Part shown: positions 61,801 through 64,000 of the stretch, one piece after another
Layout of the letters: every line of letters starts with the position of its first letter
Position numbering within the stretch: position 1 is the first letter of the stretch
DNA from: Phoronis australis
Lineage: Eukaryota > Animalia > Phoronida
NCBI GenBank assembly: GCA_002633005.1
Contig: NMRA01000650.1
Location: 82,850 to 146,849, forward strand
DNA length: 64,000 nucleotides
Direction of reading: 5' to 3'
Made by a program: the position numbers and the translations under genes
Notes under the pieces: generated by a model
Databases searched by the model: none
What the model saw: only the letters and a program-made list of their open reading frames with translations
What the model was told of the DNA's origin: nothing

Positions 61801-63746
61801 TCTTAAATATGTTTCGAAGACTGTGGCAAGGATACAGGGTATCTGAAGATTGACAATTTTTAAACCGCAAGCGCTTTCATTGCTGTGATCCTCCAAAAAG
61901 GTGTCAAATTTCTTTTGGAACAGTTTTTCAAAATTAATGCAATATCTTTCATTTTCGCCAAGTAATTTTGGTTTGCCAGATTGTAGTTGTAGTTGTGATT
62001 TTCTGTTCTTTATGCCTGGAAATCTATTACGTTCTTTGATGGGTGTTCCTGAAATTCTGTAAAAAGTTGCAATCCCGAGACCTGCCTCGCTTGGATTTCA
62101 CCTGTCGTTTTTTTGTTTTGCTGTGCCCTACATGTTTGTTGTCTAGTTCTAGCCCTAATTTCTTAGAGGATTAATCAGAAAGGCAGGTGTGCCCCTGTTG
62201 AAGAGGGCATTCCTGAATTGTTTTGGCCTCCTTGAAGGCTAAGCTTACTAGTGTCGCTCTATTCCCTGGTGGTGTATCAAATAATGACACTTTGGTATGC
62301 GTGGACTGGAATCCACACAGCGGGTGTGCAAATCGACGTCCCACGATGCTGTTGTTTATCTAGTGCTGACGGAGATACCTTTAACACGACACAAATCCTG
62401 ATCTCGTAATCCAATATCTCAAGGGTTGGGATATAAGCGTTCTAGTACTCAAAATAATATTTTAAAATATGCACTTTCGTTCCCCTTTTCTGTGAATTCC
62501 GGCCAGGCAAATGTCCATTATACTGTGCTAAAGTTCAGTTGTGCTAAAATTCAGTACCATGTGTGAAAATGGTGTTATAGTCTCAAGTTCGCTTCTCATG
62601 GGCACTAGACTCGAGCTAAAACTAGGAATGAAAACTCGAGATTTCATGTAAAAACTCAATCTTCAAACCTCTCAATTAAGGTGATTAACTGCAAACTATT
62701 TTTATAATGTCTGAAACACGACGTACCATCCCGTTTTTTTTCGCCAAAAATTGGGTTTTGTGATGAGCAACCTTCACTCAGATTTATTTGTGCAGGTGTG
62801 ATTTTATATTTAAGTGGTCGTGAATGTTTTTTTTTGTTTCCAGACCAGTAATACTACAGAACATAACAGACACTGGGCAACTTCTCAAAGAGCTTGACAA
62901 ACAAGCGGTCATTGCAGTTGGGGATTATAGGAAGTTAATCAATATGCTGGACCTGCTCAATCTGAACGCAATTAAGAGACGAGTGGAAGAACTGGCGCGT
63001 GATATAAGTGCACTTGGTATGAGAGATTATGTTGACCTACTTCCCATGAACACTCAACTGCCACCTGTATAGATGTAACTGTCACGTGATATAAGTGCAC
63101 TTAAGTTGGTATCAGAGATGATGTTGATATTCTGTACATCTATTGAACACTCAGCTCCCACTTGTACAGATGTACTCTGTAGGTTGCCATTTATCATCGA
63201 AGCTATGAATGTTTTTTAATTTGAGCTTCGTAATTGCCACCTAATTACTCTCAGGATAACAGTACGTAAAAGTATAACCAGGGAGAGAAACTAAAATGCG
63301 ATGATTTTAAAGAAAACACCCTACTGATACAGTTAAGAACAGGGGGGAATATAAACCCATAGCAATTCCAGTTATTACCTAAATACGAAACAATGTATGC
63401 TGTTTGTTTATTGTAAACACGGATTATTACCATACTCATTTACATAAAAATAGTCTCACATAATGAGACTTTCGGTTCTCAAATGGTTTTCATAACGAGC
63501 TAGGGTGTTTGTGAATTAGAACTTCATTTTAGTATTTATAATTTAAGTTGCTTTTCATTGTAAATTCCTCATTTTATCGTGCATGAACTTTGTGCAGCAG
63601 AAAACGCTTTAAGTGTGCATGAGTGGCAGTGTCTAGTACATTGTCAAGCTGAGGTGTACCGGTTAAATGCCAAGTTTGCCTTCGCAACAGTTGTGATATA
63701 TTAATGCCATTTACTAAGTGTGTTGGTCATTTTTTCAGGTGTATAA
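1821..63746 (+). CDS. Predicted multi-exon gene (5' part outside window) encoding a repeated ZU5/UPA-like + DED scaffold protein, about 1,380 aa within the window
   Basis: 21 exons with polypyrimidine-AG acceptors and GT donors. Phases chain consistently (A 0-1, B 1-2, C 2-1, D/E/F 1-1, G 1-0) with no in-frame stop before 63744. Exon types recur in the same order in duplicated blocks. The gaps at 14767 and 17806 could hide a gene boundary. Confidence 0.75.
2350..2461 (+). CDS. Exon B1: N-terminal part of DED1 (GKRRGTGKLHQHVLLEVTERVIGGDFEKLKELCEDWFK)
   Basis: tattctcag|...|gtaag, 112 nt, phase 1-2. The LLEV..L...D.EKLKELC pattern matches DED helices 1-2 (FADD LLHSVSSSLSSSELTELKFLC). Confidence 0.85.
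6200..6680 (+). pseudogene. Harbinger (HARBI1/DDE_Tnp_4-type) transposase pseudogene fragment
   Basis: FDELLVRVGSDITKKDSKYRKAL...VKEVCQAI...GGKHVAIRKPPRSGSFFHN*KGFYSVVLMGLVDAEYQFLWIDVGGDGYTSDA, with frameshifts and stops. Confidence 0.85.
6680..6847 (-). pseudogene. Remnant of the Harbinger second gene (Myb/SANT-MADF-like DNA-binding protein)
   Basis: Minus strand reads EEDVMSDLPCGHPELYNKKLNAPKDNM*KNSPWPEQAARLDKPVAFLLIWYR, matching the MADF pattern HP.LY.K....KD...K...W...A..L. Convergent with the transposase. Confidence 0.6.
7741..7913 (+). CDS. Exon C1: C-terminal part of DED1 (PAVLQNVRNTRELLELLQRQEIINVGDYSELTRLLHQLHLEELAELVEEL)
   Basis: tgcttttcag|...|gtatg, 173 nt, phase 2-1. Joins B1 in frame. 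Hydrophobic pattern fits DED helices 3-6. Confidence 0.85.
10763..10855 (+). CDS. Diverged linker exon D' (ALKISNISVDQVQFEYDYIVYITGFILATMT)
   Basis: ggcag|...|gtttc, 93 nt, phase 1-1, open frame. Homologous to D at 24002 and 49083 (ISSICVDADEFEYGY). The acceptor is weaker. Confidence 0.45.
11282..11341 (+). CDS. Linker exon E1 (ESCVEKDIPQPSKRARKTNV) with NLS-like KRARK
   Basis: ctttgtttattag|...|gtaagt, 60 nt, phase 1-1, open. Confidence 0.65.
   Translation, partial: NHAWKKTYLSPQRGQGRQM
13914..13973 (+). CDS. Linker exon E2 (ESRVERDIPQPSKRARKTNV), duplicate of E1
   Basis: Same splice sites and length as E1, within a ~430-bp duplicated segment (about 11020-11455 vs 13655-14090). Confidence 0.55.
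   Translation, partial: NHGWKGIYLSPQRGQGRQM
14768..17805. repeat. N-bounded near-identical duplicate of 18310-20760 plus 22146-22740 (probable second haplotype)
   Basis: Single Ns at 14767 and 17806. Collinear and highly similar to the downstream copy apart from a ~1.4-kb indel. Confidence 0.75.
20955..21094. repeat. Minisatellite, 17-bp unit ATGTTAAACTATGTTAA, about 8 copies
   Basis: Read directly from the sequence. Confidence 0.95.
24002..24109 (+). CDS. Linker exon D2 (EPDVSGDIETQISSICVDADEFEYGYGSGQNQGTMA)
   Basis: tgtatttcag|...|gtatg, 108 nt, phase 1-1. Same length as the paralog at 49083. Confidence 0.8.
24411..24473 (+). CDS. Linker exon F2 (GIKIEAGSSVQFPSESVTEKE)
   Basis: tttccatcag|...|gtaaag, 63 nt, phase 1-1. 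Paralog at 49621. Confidence 0.7.
25559..26412 (+). CDS. Exon G1: ZU5 domain followed by a UPA-like beta-rich region
   Basis: ccctatag|CAACCATTGAC...GTCCAT|gtaagt, 854 nt, phase 1-0. The N-terminus ATIDGSTGGVIQWKEVQLRVPPNALFGNIKIEI fits the ZU5 GG.(I/L)...V.L.(V/I)P..A motif, and the ZU5 ends at SKTFS. The UPA call rests on position and beta-rich composition only. Confidence 0.85.
27285..28995 (+). mobile_element. Non-autonomous Helentron/DINE-1-like (HINE) element with internal ~445-bp tandem repeats
   Basis: Sub-terminal inverted repeats ATGCGCCCAC (27290) and GTGGGCGCAT (28961), a GTCC-rich microsatellite near the 5' end, a 3' hairpin CAACGC-tct-GCGTTG (28973-28987) and T-rich flanks. Confidence 0.7.
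29004..29137. mobile_element. 134-bp MITE with 17-bp TIRs and 5-bp TSD TAAGG
   Basis: taagg|CATGGATGGCGCAGCAC...GTGCTGCGCCGCCCATG|taagg. Related fragment near 14563. Confidence 0.7.
29944..29998 (+). CDS. Micro-exon A2 (EESSGGTEPATGLTPNTT)
   Basis: tggttttag|...|gtaag, 55 nt, phase 0-1. Confidence 0.8.
31347..32191 (+). CDS. Exon G2: second, more diverged ZU5/UPA-like module
   Basis: ctctatag|...GTTCAT|gtaagt, 845 nt, phase 1-0, open. Begins ATIDGTAGGVMRYKGVQIRVPPNAISGDINIEF. Confidence 0.85.
33538..33592 (+). CDS. Micro-exon A3 (EESASGTPSAIIMTPNTT)
   Basis: gtttcag|...|gtaag, 55 nt, phase 0-1. Confidence 0.8.
33627..35295. mobile_element. Kolobok-like DNA transposon, non-autonomous or degenerate
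   Basis: TTAA|AGGCTAATGCCACCC...GGGTGGCATGCTCCT|TTAA (12/15 TIR match). Empty site with a single TTAA in the paralogous intron at ~1870. Confidence 0.8.
35611..35770. repeat. Minisatellite, 31-bp unit CATGGTCATGTGGTGATGTGACTATGTAATA, about 5 copies, abutting the N gap at 35610
   Basis: Read directly from the sequence. The array is probably truncated by the gap. Confidence 0.9.
36675..36786 (+). CDS. Exon B2: N-terminal part of DED2 (GKRRLTRKLHEQLLLEVVERVNGGYFERLKGLCEEWIK)
   Basis: attctcag|...|gtaag, 112 nt, phase 1-2. Paralog of B1. Confidence 0.85.
38260..39381 (+). CDS. ORF2 C-terminal fragment: RNase H domain plus CCHC zinc knuckle (5'-truncated, no RT domain)
   Basis: YTDGSK...GAG...VFQAEITAI...IFSDSQAAI...WVRAHVGIDGNENADRLAK (RNase HI DEDD core) and CPECGTDVESPKHLVESC. 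Confidence 0.9.
   Translation, partial: YLEGEAASAALRLKYNGQWVKTNIPDSVAHRSHRNVCNKLMAKTGQLWNMPSDVQVTTLNHTNNFFTEIGDGWPTAEHKNEVVCYTDGSKLENGQTGAGVYFPSLPVADAENWVSLGNLATVFQAEITAINRAAQLAQQYNTELGNRPIIIFSDSQAAIKALKKLRVNSRCVNACINELNKLAIERTVNIRWVRAHVGIDGNENADRLAKIGASVLHFVPEPAIPVSYGCCRMSIRNWVHTQSAAQWASLNSCRETKENFPNVIEPKGSKSLLSLDRLGIRHVIQILTGHCNLARHRHITGHMRSPVCPECGTDVESPKHLVESCPAFYRLRSNLLDGIVTCLQHIVHGNKWKRLSVFLKDTGRLENFLHEEP
38260..39496 (+). mobile_element. 5'-truncated non-LTR retrotransposon (RNase H-bearing, I/Nimb/Loa-like group)
   Basis: Imperfect ~14-bp TSD taaagatttttaaat / taaagattttcaat. Empty site in the paralog at ~3777-3790. Frame open from the insertion edge. Confidence 0.9.
42506..43680. mobile_element. 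Unclassified ~1.2-kb insertion nested in Harbinger copy 2
   Basis: Absent from Harbinger copy 1 (~6040-6095). Non-coding, with AAAATGGCCGCC-type motifs typical of non-autonomous invertebrate repeats. Boundaries approximate. Confidence 0.5.
43750..44446. repeat. ~350-bp direct duplication either side of N at 44098 (probable assembly overlap)
   Basis: 43750-44097 is almost identical to 44099-44446. Confidence 0.85.
44828..45000 (+). CDS. Exon C2: C-terminal part of DED2
   Basis: ttttcag|...|gtatg, 173 nt, phase 2-1. PATLQNMTNTRELLEQLQRQAIINVGEYSKLTDMLHQLHLEELKDRVEKL. Confidence 0.85.
49083..49190 (+). CDS. Linker exon D3 (EPHVRGDIERQISDMCVDADELEYDYGKGQKLDTTA)
   Basis: tgtattacag|...|gtctg, 108 nt, phase 1-1. 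Confidence 0.8.
49621..49665 (+). CDS. Linker exon F3 (GLKIDAGSSLQMEKE)
   Basis: ttcccattag|...|gtgaag, 45 nt (18 nt shorter than F2), phase 1-1. Confidence 0.65.
50711..51564 (+). CDS. Exon G3: third ZU5/UPA-like module (G1 type)
   Basis: atccctatag|...GTCCAT|gtaagt, 854 nt, phase 1-0, open and collinear with G1. Confidence 0.85.
51919..53310. mobile_element. Non-autonomous DNA transposon with CAC...GTG termini, long subrepeated TIRs and 5-bp TSD
   Basis: AATAT|CACGGGTGAGAAACAACATGAC...GTCATGTTGTTTCTCACCCGTG|AATAT. Empty site in the paralogous intron at ~26805-26830. Confidence 0.85.
53411..54548. repeat. ~570-bp direct duplication either side of N at 53979 (probable assembly or haplotype overlap)
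   Basis: 53411-53978 is nearly identical to 53980-54548. Confidence 0.85.
55172..55226 (+). CDS. Micro-exon A4 (EDSAVRKELATHTTPNTT)
   Basis: cgttttag|...|gtaag, 55 nt, phase 0-1. Confidence 0.8.
56539..56653. repeat. 10-bp tandem repeat (ATTTAAGGAT)n, about 11 copies
   Basis: Read directly from the sequence. Confidence 0.95.
59109..59220 (+). CDS. Exon B3: N-terminal part of DED3 (ESPRSRAELHQLLLLEVADQLIDRDFQRLKTFCEHLIV)
   Basis: attttcag|...|gtaag, 112 nt, phase 1-2. Confidence 0.85.
60507..60571. repeat. Interrupted (CA)n microsatellite
   Basis: Read directly from the sequence. Confidence 0.95.
60660..62350 (-). mobile_element. Old L1/Tx1-like LINE remnant
   Basis: Minus strand ~61060-60880 reads RDPRIRWLLFRLLTRILTSNSFLKIIQVTNDDTCSFCGQ*KETLKRSFWECETVNSFW (zf-RVT-like C-terminal zinc finger). 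The 62090-62330 part is homologous to 41010-41300. Outer boundaries approximate. Confidence 0.6.
62844..63016 (+). CDS. Exon C3: C-terminal part of DED3
   Basis: tttgtttccag|...|gtatg, 173 nt, phase 2-1. PVILQNITDTGQLLKELDKQAVIAVGDYRKLINMLDLLNLNAIKRRVEEL. Confidence 0.85.
63739..63746 (+). CDS. Probable terminal exon coding part (G-V-stop), followed by 3' UTR
   Basis: Strong acceptor cattttttcag at 63738. Phase-1 reading gives (G)GT GTA TAA. No paralog is available to confirm it. Confidence 0.45.
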
Positions 63747-64000
63747 ATCTCCCAACAACTGACGTCAGTCAGAGCTTTCCTAACCTTCACTGTGCTGGTG
63801 TGATTAAAAACAGCCATACAGTGGGCGATCAAAGTCACGCGTGATATCACGCAGCGCCTTGAATACGTGATCGAATACAGTATATTCGTGTCGGTGATGT
63901 TGATTTGTACGTGTGAATTTATCTTCGTCTGGATATCCGTTTATGTCTAGGTTGAATGCTTTGTAGTTGCTTCCACCTTCAGCTGATGTTGACAGCGTGG

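Overview
AT-rich animal genomic DNA, probably from a marine invertebrate (inferred from repeat content). It is not prokaryotic, and most short ORFs in the track are intronic noise. The window is best explained as part of a large multi-exon gene on the + strand. I traced 21 GT-AG exons whose splice phases chain into one open frame of about 1,380 codons, ending at a probable stop at 63744-63746. The predicted protein alternates a ~285-aa ZU5 plus UPA-like module (three single-exon copies) with a death effector domain (DED; three copies, each split over two exons), joined by micro-exon linkers. The order is ...DED-[linkers]-ZU5/UPA-ZU5/UPA-DED-ZU5/UPA-DED-stop, and the gene continues upstream of the window. 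It grew by tandem duplication of whole exon-intron blocks. All modules are phase-1 symmetric, exon length differences are multiples of 3, and the DED copies show many amino-acid-changing differences. The introns carry a layered set of transposons: PIF/Harbinger, Kolobok-like, a CAC-terminal element with a 5-bp TSD, a Helentron/DINE-like element with CTCF-like motifs, an RNase H non-LTR fragment and an L1/Tx1-like remnant. Five single-N gaps are present, several beside probable haplotype or overlap duplications. All domain calls come from motif recognition by eye and need HMM and RNA-seq confirmation.
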